A program made the position numbers and the translations under genes. A stretch of DNA of 64,000 nucleotides. Source: SAR86 cluster bacterium AG-422-O05 (GTDB lineage: Bacteria; Pseudomonadota; Gammaproteobacteria; Magnimaribacterales; D2472). A model generated the notes under the pieces. That model did no database searches. It was not told the DNA's origin and worked only from the letters and a program-made list of their open reading frames with translations. Position 1 is the first letter of the stretch; every line of letters starts with the position of its first letter. Shown piece after piece: positions 39,414 through 49,446 of the stretch. The stretch covers positions 1,045,296-1,109,295 of the forward strand of contig QCMW01000001.1 of the NCBI GenBank assembly GCA_003213495.1, read 5' to 3'.

Positions 39414-40466
39414 ATGAAAAAAATATTAATAATAATAAGTTTAGTTATTTCAATATTTATTATTGGCATACTCTCTTTAAATTCTCATTCAGTTCAAGAC
39501 AGAATTCTAAATATTGGTATAAAAAACATTCTTTTCAGCGCAGAACCTTTTTTAGATAAAGAAGATACATTAAAAGTTGTTATTTGTGGTTCAAGATCCC
39601 CTCTTCCTTCACCTGGAAGAGCTGAATCTTGTGTAATTGTAGAAGCTGGCGATGACATTTATATTTTTGATATTGGTAATGGAAGTGTGAATAACCTCAC
39701 ACAGTATCAATTACCATGGCCAAATGTAAAGGCAGTTTTAATAACACATATGCATTCAGATCATATGGCAGACTTACCAGATGCACATCTTCAATCTTGG
39801 ATTCAAGGGAGAACTGCACCATTAAAAGTGTATGGACCTGAAGGAATAAATCTTGTTACAAAAGGATTTGAGTTAGCATACTCACCAGATTATCAATATA
39901 GGAATGAACATCATGGAGATGACATGTTACCTATGAGTATTGCAGGATTTAATGCAATTCAAATTATAGATAATCAGTTAATACCAAATGATACTGTAGG
40001 ATTAGAAATATTACCTTTTGTAGTTGATCACTATCCAGTAAATTCTGCTTTTGGTTTTAAAGTATCCTATAAAGGAAGAACTGTTGTTATAAGTGGGGAC
40101 ACTATTCATGATGGAAGTGTTCAAAAATATTCTCAGGATGTTGATCTTCTTGTGCATTCGGCTATATCAATAGATATTGTTGAAAGAATGAGAAAATTCG
40201 CCCCAATACCTCAAATGGACAAAATACTATTTGATATACAGGATTATCACACGAGCATAAAGGAAGCTGGTGAAATTGCTAGAGATGCAAATGTAAAACA
40301 TTTGCTCATTTACCATTCCATACCAACGCCTCGAAATAATTTAATGGAAAGAGTATTTTTCAGACCTATAGAAGGTATTTATGAAGACTATACTCTTTCA
40401 GACGATGGAACTAGGGTTGTTATGCCTGTAGGTAATAATGAAATTGTTATTGATAAAATAAATTAA
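39414..40466 (+). CDS. MBL-fold metallo-hydrolase with N-terminal signal or anchor
   Basis: H-x-H-x-D-H motif (THMHSDHMADL) and a downstream D-H (VVDHYP, SGDT). N-terminal MKKILIIISLVISIFIIGIL. ATG 39414 with AGAGG upstream is preferred over the track start at 39387. Confidence 0.75.
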   Translation: MKKILIIISLVISIFIIGILSLNSHSVQDRILNIGIKNILFSAEPFLDKEDTLKVVICGSRSPLPSPGRAESCVIVEAGDDIYIFDIGNGSVNNLTQYQLPWPNVKAVLITHMHSDHMADLPDAHLQSWIQGRTAPLKVYGPEGINLVTKGFELAYSPDYQYRNEHHGDDMLPMSIAGFNAIQIIDNQLIPNDTVGLEILPFVVDHYPVNSAFGFKVSYKGRTVVISGDTIHDGSVQKYSQDVDLLVHSAISIDIVERMRKFAPIPQMDKILFDIQDYHTSIKEAGEIARDANVKHLLIYHSIPTPRNNLMERVFFRPIEGIYEDYTLSDDGTRVVMPVGNNEIVIDKIN

Positions 40467-40924
40467 TGACACTTTTTCCCAATAAATTAAATGATGATTA
40501 CAAAGGTTCTAAATTGGCGATATATGGTCTTTATCCTATTTTTGCTTTATATATATTTAGATCACTTGTACATTTCCTTTCAGAAAACGCTGGTCTAGTT
40601 GGAATTGCAACAATAAAAGAACTTCCAATTATAGATACTATAGATCCGAATAACTTAGTTTATTTATTTGCATCGCTATGGGGAGCAACACAAGTATCAT
40701 TAACATTAGTTTTATTAATTTTATTTATTAAATATAAAAGCCTAGTACCTCTAATATATATGATATGTCTCTTAGATCATTGCTTTAGATTAATTTCAGG
40801 TTCACTTCATCCATTAACCGATGATTACTATATAAACACACCTCCCGGAGTAATTGGCAATATACCAATATTGATATACTTCATGTTAATGTTTTATTTG
40901 TCATTAAAAAAAAGGAGTGCATGA
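40466..40924 (+). CDS. Hypothetical membrane protein (152 aa, about 4 TM segments)
   Basis: The ATG overlaps the MBL stop (TAATG). The protein is hydrophobic. I recognise no family. Confidence 0.5.
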   Translation: MTLFPNKLNDDYKGSKLAIYGLYPIFALYIFRSLVHFLSENAGLVGIATIKELPIIDTIDPNNLVYLFASLWGATQVSLTLVLLILFIKYKSLVPLIYMICLLDHCFRLISGSLHPLTDDYYINTPPGVIGNIPILIYFMLMFYLSLKKRSA

Positions 40925-40925
40925 C

Positions 40926-41570
40926 ATGATTGATTTATATTTTTCATATCGAAGTCCATATTCATATTTAATATTGCCAAGAATGTTAAAGCTTAAAAAT
41001 GAATATAATATTGATATAAATTTTAAAATTGTTTATCCCATTGCTATTAGATTGCCTGAATTCTTTAAAGATAGGAATTTATTTTATTTTACTTCGTTGA
41101 TGATGGATATCAAAAGGAAGGCAAAAAAGCTGAATATGTCATTAAACTTACCAATTAAACCAGATCCAATAAAACAAAATATAATTACTGGTAAGATTTC
41201 AGAAAATCAACCTTATATTTTTGATATATGCCATATGGGTCAACTTATGTGTAATAGAGGTAAAGGCATAGAATTTGCTCATGAATTATCCAAATTAATA
41301 TGGAATATAAAAAATTGGAATAATGATGATTTATTAGAGCCTTTGTTTGCTGAATTTGGTGAGGATTTAGGTGAAGTTAGAGAGTCAATTAAATCAAATG
41401 AAAAAAGTTTAATTGAAGAAATTGAAATGAATCAATTAGATCAAAAAGAAGCTGGACATCATGGAGTTCCTTTAAATGTTTATAAAGGGAAGTATTATTT
41501 TGGACAGGATGATCCATTTGAAGAATTAATCAAAGAATTAAAAAACGATGGAGTGATTAAAGATTTTTAA
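40926..41570 (+). CDS. DsbA-like thioredoxin-fold protein, 2-hydroxychromene-2-carboxylate isomerase / kappa-GST-like
   Basis: N-terminal DLYFSYRSPYSYL (family motif F-x-S-P-[YW]-S-Y) and C-terminal GVPLNVYKGKYYFGQD. AAGGAG lies 8 nt upstream of ATG 40926. Confidence 0.65.
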   Translation: MIDLYFSYRSPYSYLILPRMLKLKNEYNIDINFKIVYPIAIRLPEFFKDRNLFYFTSLMMDIKRKAKKLNMSLNLPIKPDPIKQNIITGKISENQPYIFDICHMGQLMCNRGKGIEFAHELSKLIWNIKNWNNDDLLEPLFAEFGEDLGEVRESIKSNEKSLIEEIEMNQLDQKEAGHHGVPLNVYKGKYYFGQDDPFEELIKELKNDGVIKDF

Positions 41571-42631
41571 TGAAGGTACTGAGAACTCCTGATAAGTATT
41601 TCACAAATATTAAGGGTTACCCATTCGATCCAATATACACAGATGTTTTTGCAGATGATGGAACTGAAATAAGAATTCATCATATCGATGAAGGTCCGTC
41701 TGATGGTCCAATTTTGTTAGCCATGCACGGTCAACCAGTTTGGAGTTATTTATATTCTAGAATGATACCTATCCTTAATGATTCTGGAATAAGAGTAATT
41801 GCACCTGATTTAGTTGGATATGGTAAGTCAGACAAACCAGCTTCAAGAAATGATTATAGTTATCAGAATCAGGTTGATTGGATGAATCAATGGCTAGTAA
41901 AAAATAATTTAAATGATTTAATATTTTTTGGTCAAGATTGGGGCGGATTAATCGGCCTAAGAATGATTGTTGATAACCCAGATAGATTTACAAAAATATC
42001 TATGGGTAATACCGGATTACCCTATATGCCAAATACTCCAAAGACTGTGATTGATGAAGTGCATAAATTTAGAAAATCAAATATTAAACTTACTCCACTA
42101 AGCATGGCAAAAGAACTAAAAAAGATGGATTCTGGTAAATCACATCCTGCATTAAAATTTATGTATTGGCAAAAATTTTGTTGGGATACTAAAAATCTAC
42201 CAGTTGGTTTGTTGAATTCAATGATGATGGAAAAATTACCTAAAAACCAGATAAAAAATCACTATATTTTTTATAAATTAGGATTATCCAAAATATCACC
42301 TTATATAAGTGATTTAATGAAAGTTTATGAGGCGCCTTTTCCATCAGCAAAATATAAAATGGGTTGTAGAGCTATGCCGAGTCATGTCCCAATAATTCCA
42401 GATAGTTCTTTGGATGCTCAAAAAAAAGCCAGAGAATTTTTTAATAGAACTGATAAACCATTATTATCTGTTTTTGCTGGCAATGATCCTGTAACTAATG
42501 ATATGGAAAAGGATGTATTGAGAATGGTACCGAATGCCATCAAAGCTAAAAATATTGGTGGTGGCCATTTTTTTCAATGGACTAAACCAAAAGAATTATC
42601 TAAAGTATTAATTGATTTTATAAAAGATTAG
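41570..42631 (+). CDS. Haloalkane dehalogenase-type alpha/beta hydrolase (HLD-I-like)
   Basis: [38 protein letters not shown] closely follows DhlA-type HGEPTWSYLYRKMIP...APD..G.GKSDKP. GQDWGG supplies the Asp nucleophile and a halide-binding Trp. GNDPV is a candidate acid. GGGHFFQ supplies the catalytic His. The ATG overlaps the upstream stop (TAATG). Confidence 0.75.
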   Translation: MKVLRTPDKYFTNIKGYPFDPIYTDVFADDGTEIRIHHIDEGPSDGPILLAMHGQPVWSYLYSRMIPILNDSGIRVIAPDLVGYGKSDKPASRNDYSYQNQVDWMNQWLVKNNLNDLIFFGQDWGGLIGLRMIVDNPDRFTKISMGNTGLPYMPNTPKTVIDEVHKFRKSNIKLTPLSMAKELKKMDSGKSHPALKFMYWQKFCWDTKNLPVGLLNSMMMEKLPKNQIKNHYIFYKLGLSKISPYISDLMKVYEAPFPSAKYKMGCRAMPSHVPIIPDSSLDAQKKAREFFNRTDKPLLSVFAGNDPVTNDMEKDVLRMVPNAIKAKNIGGGHFFQWTKPKELSKVLIDFIKD

Positions 42632-42633
42632 AA

Positions 42634-43320
42634 ATGATTGAATTATATACAGCGCCAACTCCAAATGGTCACAAAGTTTCATGCACACTTGAGGCATTGG
42701 GCATGGACTATAAAGCAATACTTGTTAATCTTTCTGAGGATGAACAAAAGAAACCTGATTTTTTAAAAATTAGTCCCAATGGAAGAATTCCTGCAATTGT
42801 AGATACATCTAATAATCTCTCTATTTTTGAATCTGGAGCAATAATGATTTACTTGGCTGATAAGGCAAATAAATTGATTTCAACAAATCCTAAAAAAAGA
42901 GCAAAAGTTTTGGAATGGCTCATGTTTCAAATGGGTGGAGTTGGTCCCATGATGGGACAGGCAAATGTATTTTTTAGGTATTTTCCTGAAAAAATACAAC
43001 CTGCTATTGATAGATATCAAAATGAATCAAGAAGGTTGTTTGAAGTACTTGATACACATCTTAAAGATAATGAATGGCTTGCACATGAATATTCAATTGC
43101 TGATATTGCAAATTGGTGTTGGGTAAGAACACATAAATGGTCTGGTGTTTCAACTGATGGATTAGAAAACTTGGAGAGATGGAAGAATGCTATGTATGAG
43201 CAACCTGGGATGCTTGAAGGTATAAAAGTGCCAATTGAAATTAAAATAGATAAAAATCTTGATGATGAGGAAAAAACAAAAGAATTTATCAAAAATGCGC
43301 AAAAAATGGTAAAAAAATAA
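42634..43320 (+). CDS. yfcG: Nu-class glutathione S-transferase (YfcG-like GSH-dependent disulfide reductase)
   Basis: [16 protein letters not shown]...[12 protein letters not shown]...[14 protein letters not shown]...[15 protein letters not shown]...[17 protein letters not shown]...YSIADIANW aligns along its length with E. coli YfcG. Confidence 0.8.
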   Translation: MIELYTAPTPNGHKVSCTLEALGMDYKAILVNLSEDEQKKPDFLKISPNGRIPAIVDTSNNLSIFESGAIMIYLADKANKLISTNPKKRAKVLEWLMFQMGGVGPMMGQANVFFRYFPEKIQPAIDRYQNESRRLFEVLDTHLKDNEWLAHEYSIADIANWCWVRTHKWSGVSTDGLENLERWKNAMYEQPGMLEGIKVPIEIKIDKNLDDEEKTKEFIKNAQKMVKK

Positions 43321-43329
43321 GGAGTAACT

Positions 43330-43965
43330 ATGATAAAACTATACTTAACACCAGGAACAAGAGCTGGTCGAGTTGCATGGCTTCTCGAAGAGCTTAAAAT
43401 TGACTATGACTTAGAGGTGCTGCCTTTTACAAAAGAAGGCCTAAAATCTCCAGAACACAGATCTAGGCATGCTTTAGGTAGAGTTCCAGTTATAGAAGAT
43501 GGAGATATTTCAATATTTGAATCTGGAGCCATTATTCAATACATACTTGATAAATATGGTGACGGTGGACTTAAACCTGATATAAACTCTGATGAATATC
43601 CATATTATCTTCAATGGTTTCATTTCTGTGAGGGAATGGTGATGCCTCCAATGAATCAAATTGTAGTTCAAACAGTATTGCTACCACCTGATAGAAGAGA
43701 TGAAACAGTTTTAAATCAAGCTAAAAACTTGCTTTCAAAATCATTATCTCCAGTAAATGATTATTTAGATGGCAAAAATTACTTGATTGGTGAATTTTCA
43801 GCAGCTGATTGTATGTTAGGACATTCTTGTTATATGGCAAACAGATTGGGTTGTGTAAATGATGAAATGGCTAATGTTAAAAAATACGTTTCTAATATTG
43901 AATCTAGAGAAGCATTTCAAAAAGCGATTAAACTTGGTAATGAGGCTGGGAATCCCATAGGATAG
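43330..43965 (+). CDS. Glutathione S-transferase
   Basis: GST N-terminal domain ([23 protein letters not shown]) and a helical C-terminal domain. AAGGAG ribosome-binding site. Confidence 0.8.
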   Translation: MIKLYLTPGTRAGRVAWLLEELKIDYDLEVLPFTKEGLKSPEHRSRHALGRVPVIEDGDISIFESGAIIQYILDKYGDGGLKPDINSDEYPYYLQWFHFCEGMVMPPMNQIVVQTVLLPPDRRDETVLNQAKNLLSKSLSPVNDYLDGKNYLIGEFSAADCMLGHSCYMANRLGCVNDEMANVKKYVSNIESREAFQKAIKLGNEAGNPIG

Positions 43966-43971
43966 AATCTA

Positions 43972-45081
43972 ATGACAGATCCTATAAAAGTATTTGGAAA
44001 TGTAGGATCTCCGTATACACAAAAAATGCTATCTCTTCTGAGGTATAGAAATATTCCTTATTCAGTTTCATGGGGAGATGTAGTTCAGAATTTATCTTTT
44101 CTAAATATCGAACCTCCCAAGCCTGTTTTATTACCTACAATGGTAGTTAAAAATGATGAAGGTTCAGATATTTGTAGGACTGATACAACACCAATAATAA
44201 GATATCTTGAAGAGTTGTATAAAGAAAAATCTGTAATACCCCCCTCACCTATATTATGTTTTCTTAATTACTTACTAGAAGATTTCGCAGATGAGTGGAC
44301 AACCAAATATATGTTTCATTACAGATGGTATTTTAATGAAGATGCGGATAATGCAAAAAAAATGCTCGTTCTTCAACATAAAATAGATATAGATGATGAC
44401 TCAATGAATCAATTTGGTGACATTATTGCTGAAAGACAAATTAATAGATTATGGGTTGTTGGTTCAAATAATGAAACAGCAAAGCTAATTGATCAAAGCT
44501 ACAAAAGATATTTATTGTTGATGGAAAAGCATCTTAAATTTTTACCTTTTATGTTTGGGCAGCGACCCTCATCATCCGATTTTGGTTTATATGGTCAACT
44601 TACCCAACTAGTTGGATTTGATCCAACACCCAGAAATATCGCATATAAACAATCGCCAAGAACAGTTTCATGGGTAAATATAATGTCAGATTTATCAGGT
44701 TTACATGACAGTGGAGGTATTGGTGAATTTTTTGGTGTAAAAAATGAAGAAGCAAATAATAAAAATAAATTAAATTACTTTAAGGATCCTAATTATGGGT
44801 GGATTGATATAGATAATATTCCTAATTCATTAATTGAAATATTTAATGAAGTTGGGAAAGTATACATACCATGTCTGATTGCTAACGCAAATGCTTATAA
44901 AAGCGGTGATGAAGTTTGGGAAACATCGATAGATGGTGAAATTTGGAAACAAAAAACATTTCCATATCAAGTAAAGTGTCTTAATTGGATTAAAGATGAA
45001 TTTAATAAGTTATCAGTCGACGATAAGAAAACAACACTAAATTTAATCAGTGGTAGTGGTTGTGAAAAAATTCTAGACTGA
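43972..45081 (+). CDS. Long GST-like protein (thioredoxin-fold N-domain plus extended helical domain, 369 aa)
   Basis: N-terminus VFGNVGSPYTQKMLSLLRYRNIPY...PTMV...TDTTPIIRYLEE resembles a GST N-terminal domain. The remainder is not assignable by eye. Confidence 0.55.
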   Translation: MTDPIKVFGNVGSPYTQKMLSLLRYRNIPYSVSWGDVVQNLSFLNIEPPKPVLLPTMVVKNDEGSDICRTDTTPIIRYLEELYKEKSVIPPSPILCFLNYLLEDFADEWTTKYMFHYRWYFNEDADNAKKMLVLQHKIDIDDDSMNQFGDIIAERQINRLWVVGSNNETAKLIDQSYKRYLLLMEKHLKFLPFMFGQRPSSSDFGLYGQLTQLVGFDPTPRNIAYKQSPRTVSWVNIMSDLSGLHDSGGIGEFFGVKNEEANNKNKLNYFKDPNYGWIDIDNIPNSLIEIFNEVGKVYIPCLIANANAYKSGDEVWETSIDGEIWKQKTFPYQVKCLNWIKDEFNKLSVDDKKTTLNLISGSGCEKILD

Positions 45082-46047
45082 TCTCTCAGATCTATAGTGA
45101 TAAAAGAAAAATATTGTAGATATTGCAGTTAATATATGCCATATTCCATGCGCCTGTATTAGAGAATCTGGATCGCAAACACCATTAGTTAAAATATCGG
45201 GATTTAAAGTTGCATTACCCTGTAACCAGATATAAAAAGCAGCCATATAAGCTAACATACCAGCAAAATACCATCTATATGATCTCATGCCAGTAGGTTT
45301 GTTTGATGCTAATAAACCTGGTAACCAAAAGAAAATTATCCACCAGTAGTCACTCAGGTTTAAAAATACCTCATTTGGCATAGTCCCAAATAGCATTAAA
45401 ACTAAAAAACCTACAAAACCTGACAATAATCTCATATATGGAGACCAAAATTTATACAGAAATTCGCTAATAACCCACAAACCAATTGAGACACCAAATA
45501 GATCCAAACCAATTCCCATACCATAACCGAACTTCCATCTTAATATAGAGTAAATAATTACAATAGCTATATATGCTTTTATAAAAGTATATTGATTTGC
45601 ATTAGACATCTTATAACAGTTATATAGCCATGGGATGATTATGTACATTACCATGCTAAGGTTGTCTGCCCAGCCACCCCATTCTGTATTAGTAGCATGC
45701 ATCATCATAGAGCCAGGCCCTAAATACACAACAGCTACTCCGTAGAGGATAGTTATATTGTTCAATCCTGAGAATTCATTAAATGAAGTTTCATTTGTTA
45801 ATTTATATAAGATATATAAACCAGCTACCATAAAACCTAAATTTGTTAATGTATTAACAGGTTCTCTAAAAATACCATCACTAACTCTTTCACACCATCT
45901 TGAAGCTTCACCAATAATAGCTAAATTATCAGCAGTTACGGATTGGAGTAATTGAAAATAGTTAAGAATAGTAAAGATGATTAAAAATAAAATACTTACA
46001 ATAAGCGTTATGCTAAAGGCGTTTTCTTTAACAAAGATATTTTTCAA
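45073..46047 (-). CDS. Alkaline-ceramidase (ACER/CREST) family membrane hydrolase homologue
   Basis: Three family motifs occur in order. WCERVSDGIFREPVNTLTNLGF matches ACER WCE-x-NY...AEF-x-NT-x-SNL. GSMMMHATN...ADNLSMVMY matches S-x-x-x-H-x-T...D-x-L-x-M. AHGIWHILTA matches H-x-x-W-H-I-L-T. The only available start is TTG at 46047, 7 nt after the etfA stop. Confidence 0.6.
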   Translation of the reverse strand: MKNIFVKENAFSITLIVSILFLIIFTILNYFQLLQSVTADNLAIIGEASRWCERVSDGIFREPVNTLTNLGFMVAGLYILYKLTNETSFNEFSGLNNITILYGVAVVYLGPGSMMMHATNTEWGGWADNLSMVMYIIIPWLYNCYKMSNANQYTFIKAYIAIVIIYSILRWKFGYGMGIGLDLFGVSIGLWVISEFLYKFWSPYMRLLSGFVGFLVLMLFGTMPNEVFLNLSDYWWIIFFWLPGLLASNKPTGMRSYRWYFAGMLAYMAAFYIWLQGNATLNPDILTNGVCDPDSLIQAHGIWHILTAISTIFFFYHYRSERSV

Positions 46048-46054
46048 TTTATAT

Positions 46055-46984
46055 TTAAATTGCTGAATCTAGTTCAGGTAAGGCTGTAAATAGGTCTGCA
46101 ACAAGTCCATAATCTGCTACCTGAAAAATTGGTGCATCTTCATCTTTATTTATTGCAACAATAACTTTTGAATCTTTCATTCCAGCAAGATGTTGAATTG
46201 CTCCAGATATGCCTACGGCAATATATAAATCAGGAGCAACAATTTTACCTGTTTGTCCAACTTGATAGTCATTTGGAACAAAACCAGCATCTACTGCTGC
46301 CCTTGAAGCTCCTACAGCTGCACCAAGTTTATCTGCAATAGAATCCAATAAATGAAAATTATCGCCAGATTGCATGCCGCGTCCACCTGATATAACTATG
46401 TTTGCAGCAGTAAGCTCAGGTCTATCACTTTTAGCAAGTTCTTCACCTACAAACTTACTAATTCCTGATGAACCAGCGTCACTGATTTCAACGACTTCAA
46501 TATCGCTATTATTTTTAGTAACAGGATCAAAAGCCGTAGACCTTACAGTAATTACCTTCACAGAATCATTAGATTTAACTGTAGCTATACAACTTCCAGC
46601 ATATATTGGTCTCTTGAATGTATCATCAGATTCAATAGAAATAATATCAGAGATCTGTTGAGAATCTAACTTTGCTGAAATTCTTGGCATAAGATTCTTA
46701 CCAAAAGTAGTTGCAGGTGCAAGTATATGATTAAAACCATCAGAATTTGAAAGAATCAATGATGATAAGTCTTCGGCGATAGAATTGGCATATGTCTCAC
46801 TATCGCATTTTAAAATTTTTGATACACCATCAAGAGATTGCGCTTCTACAACTACGTTATCAATATTTAGTCCTGCTATTAAAAGAGTGACATTACCAGA
46901 TAAATTAGATGCTGCACTTACAGTATTTAAGGTTGAACCTTTTAAATTGTTATTATCATGTTCTGCTATAACTAAGATACTCAT
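46055..46984 (-). CDS. etfA: Electron transfer flavoprotein subunit alpha
   Basis: 309 aa. C-terminal FAD-binding motifs [44 protein letters not shown]. The start overlaps the etfB stop. Confidence 0.93.
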   Translation of the reverse strand: MSILVIAEHDNNNLKGSTLNTVSAASNLSGNVTLLIAGLNIDNVVVEAQSLDGVSKILKCDSETYANSIAEDLSSLILSNSDGFNHILAPATTFGKNLMPRISAKLDSQQISDIISIESDDTFKRPIYAGSCIATVKSNDSVKVITVRSTAFDPVTKNNSDIEVVEISDAGSSGISKFVGEELAKSDRPELTAANIVISGGRGMQSGDNFHLLDSIADKLGAAVGASRAAVDAGFVPNDYQVGQTGKIVAPDLYIAVGISGAIQHLAGMKDSKVIVAINKDEDAPIFQVADYGLVADLFTALPELDSAI

Positions 46985-47733
46985 TGAATCACCTTCGCTT
47001 CGTTTTTTAATTTATCAACTAACTGATCTACTGTTTCAACAATTATTCCTGCTTCTCTTGAAGGTGGGAGTTCTACTGAAAGTAATTCAGTTCGTGAATT
47101 AATATCAATACCCATTTCAGTGGCAGATATCACATTAAGTTCTTTCTTTTTTGCCTTCATAATATTAGGCAATGATGCATATCTTGGCTCATTAAGTCTT
47201 AAATCAGTAGTAATAATCGCTGGAATTGTTAACTCAAGTGTTTGTAATCCACCATCAATTTCTCTCGTAACTTTTACTGATGAATCTTCTATAACTACTT
47301 CTGATGCATTAGTAGCTTGAGGGAAGTCAAGAAGCGCAGCTAACATTTGTCCTGTTTGATTATTGTCGCCATCAATTGCCTGTTTTCCAAGGATTATCAA
47401 ATCAGGTTTTTCATCATCAATAAGCTTTTTTAAGACCTTTGCTATAGCTAAAGGTTCAAGCAATGAATCAGTTTCAACTAGGGTTGCTCTATCAGCTCCT
47501 AAAGCTAGAGCAGTTCTTAATTGTTCCTGTGATTCAGATTTGCCAACGGATACAGCAACTACTTCTGTAGCATTACCCGCTTCCTTTAATCTAACCGCCT
47601 CTTCTAAGGCAATTTCACAAAATGGATTTACCGCCATCTTTACATTATTTAAATCAACATTTGAATTATCTGAAAGTGGCCTTACTTTAACGTTATAGTC
47701 GACTACACGTTTAATTGGTACTAAAATTTTCAT
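46981..47733 (-). CDS. etfB: Electron transfer flavoprotein subunit beta
   Basis: [18 protein letters not shown]...[11 protein letters not shown]... is canonical ETF-beta. Confidence 0.93.
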   Translation of the reverse strand: MKILVPIKRVVDYNVKVRPLSDNSNVDLNNVKMAVNPFCEIALEEAVRLKEAGNATEVVAVSVGKSESQEQLRTALALGADRATLVETDSLLEPLAIAKVLKKLIDDEKPDLIILGKQAIDGDNNQTGQMLAALLDFPQATNASEVVIEDSSVKVTREIDGGLQTLELTIPAIITTDLRLNEPRYASLPNIMKAKKKELNVISATEMGIDINSRTELLSVELPPSREAGIIVETVDQLVDKLKNEAKVIQ

Positions 47734-47820
47734 ATCTTTAATATATATAATTGATACTTATAAGAAGCTATAATTGTAATGTATTTAAGGTAATAATTAC
47801 ACTATTATATAAAGGATCTT

Positions 47821-49446
47821 ATGCACAGAGAAACTATGGAATATGACGTTGTAATCGTTGGTGGTGGTCCATCAGGTTTAGCAACAGCTATTAAATTTGC
47901 ACAACTAAATAAAAAAAATAATACTAATTATTCAATTTGTCTTTTAGAAAAAGGCTCTGAAATTGGTGCACATATTTTGTCTGGAAATGTCTTCCAGCCT
48001 AATGCACTTGATGAGTTGATACCAAATTGGAAAGACTTAAACGCGCCATTAAATATTCCTGTTAAAAAAGATAAATTATTATTTCTACTTGAAAAGATTG
48101 GTATTCCTGTCCCCTCATTTGTAATGCCACCTATGAATAATCATGGTAACTATATAATTAGTTTAGGTAATTTATGCAGATGGTTAGGTGAACAAGCAGA
48201 AAATCTCGGTGTAGAAGTTTTTCCTGGCTTTCCTGCAAGTAAGTTACTAATTGAAAATGATAAGGTTGTTGGGGTTCAAACTGGTGATATGGGAATATCA
48301 CACAACGGTGAACTAAAGCCTGGACATGAGCCTGGAATTGAAATAAGAGCAAAATATACTATTTTAGGTGAAGGTTGCCGCGGCCATCTTGGTAAACAAA
48401 TTATTAAAAAATTTAATCTTAGTGAAAATAAAGATCCTCAACATTATGGTATTGGTTTTAAAGAAGTATGGAAAATAAAATCAGAATTACATCAAGAAGG
48501 ATTGGTAATACATACTAATGGCTGGCCAACATCTATTGACACTCCATCCGGTTCATATTTTTATCATGGAGAAAATAATGAAGCTTACATCGGCTATGTG
48601 ATTCCGCTAGATTATAAAAATCCTCATCTTAGTCCATTTGATGAATTTCAAAAATGGAAAACTCATCCAGCTATAAAAAAATATTTAATAGATGGTGAAA
48701 GATTGTCTTATGGAGCTAGAGCGCTAATCAAAGGTGGACTTCAGTCTTTACCTAGAATGGAATTTCCTGGAGGTCTATTAGTTGGTGATAACGCTGGCAC
48801 CTTAATATTTTCGAAAATTAAAGGATCGCATACTGCAATGAAGTCCGGAGCAATTGCAGGAGAACATATTTTTGAACTTTTAGAGGGAAAATCCTCAATT
48901 ACATTCGATGAGAAAATTAAAAATTCATGGATTCATAAAGAACTATATAAATCAAGAAACTTTGGTCCAATTTTCCATAAGTTTGGGGCATTGCTTGGAG
49001 CTGCTTTTAATGCAATAGATCAGTTTATTTTTCGTGGAAATTTACCCTTTACCTTAAATCATGCTACTCCTGATCATGCATGTTTAAAGAAAGCTGACGA
49101 AATGCCCAAAATAGAATATCCAAAACCTGATGGAATTTATTCATTTGATAAGCTCTCATCGGTATATCTATCAAATACCAATCATGAAGAAGACCAACCA
49201 TGTCATTTACAATTAAAAGATCTAACAATTCCAATAAGTGTCAATCTCCCAATGTATGATGAACCAGCTCAAAGATATTGTCCGGCAGGAGTTTATGAGG
49301 TTGTAAACAAAGATAATGAAAACAAGTTTGTAATTAACGCACAAAACTGTGTTCATTGTAAAACTTGTGATATCAAAGATCCGTCTCAAAATATTAATTG
49401 GGTAAGTCCTGAAGGTCCTGGTGGTCCAAATTATCCTAATATGTAA
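47821..49446 (+). CDS. Electron-transferring-flavoprotein:ubiquinone oxidoreductase (ETF-QO)
   Basis: FAD motif DVVIVGGGPSGLA and a C-terminal 4Fe-4S region (YCPAGVYE...NAQNCVHCKTCDIKDP). It is divergent from etfBA. Confidence 0.92.
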   Translation: MHRETMEYDVVIVGGGPSGLATAIKFAQLNKKNNTNYSICLLEKGSEIGAHILSGNVFQPNALDELIPNWKDLNAPLNIPVKKDKLLFLLEKIGIPVPSFVMPPMNNHGNYIISLGNLCRWLGEQAENLGVEVFPGFPASKLLIENDKVVGVQTGDMGISHNGELKPGHEPGIEIRAKYTILGEGCRGHLGKQIIKKFNLSENKDPQHYGIGFKEVWKIKSELHQEGLVIHTNGWPTSIDTPSGSYFYHGENNEAYIGYVIPLDYKNPHLSPFDEFQKWKTHPAIKKYLIDGERLSYGARALIKGGLQSLPRMEFPGGLLVGDNAGTLIFSKIKGSHTAMKSGAIAGEHIFELLEGKSSITFDEKIKNSWIHKELYKSRNFGPIFHKFGALLGAAFNAIDQFIFRGNLPFTLNHATPDHACLKKADEMPKIEYPKPDGIYSFDKLSSVYLSNTNHEEDQPCHLQLKDLTIPISVNLPMYDEPAQRYCPAGVYEVVNKDNENKFVINAQNCVHCKTCDIKDPSQNINWVSPEGPGGPNYPNM

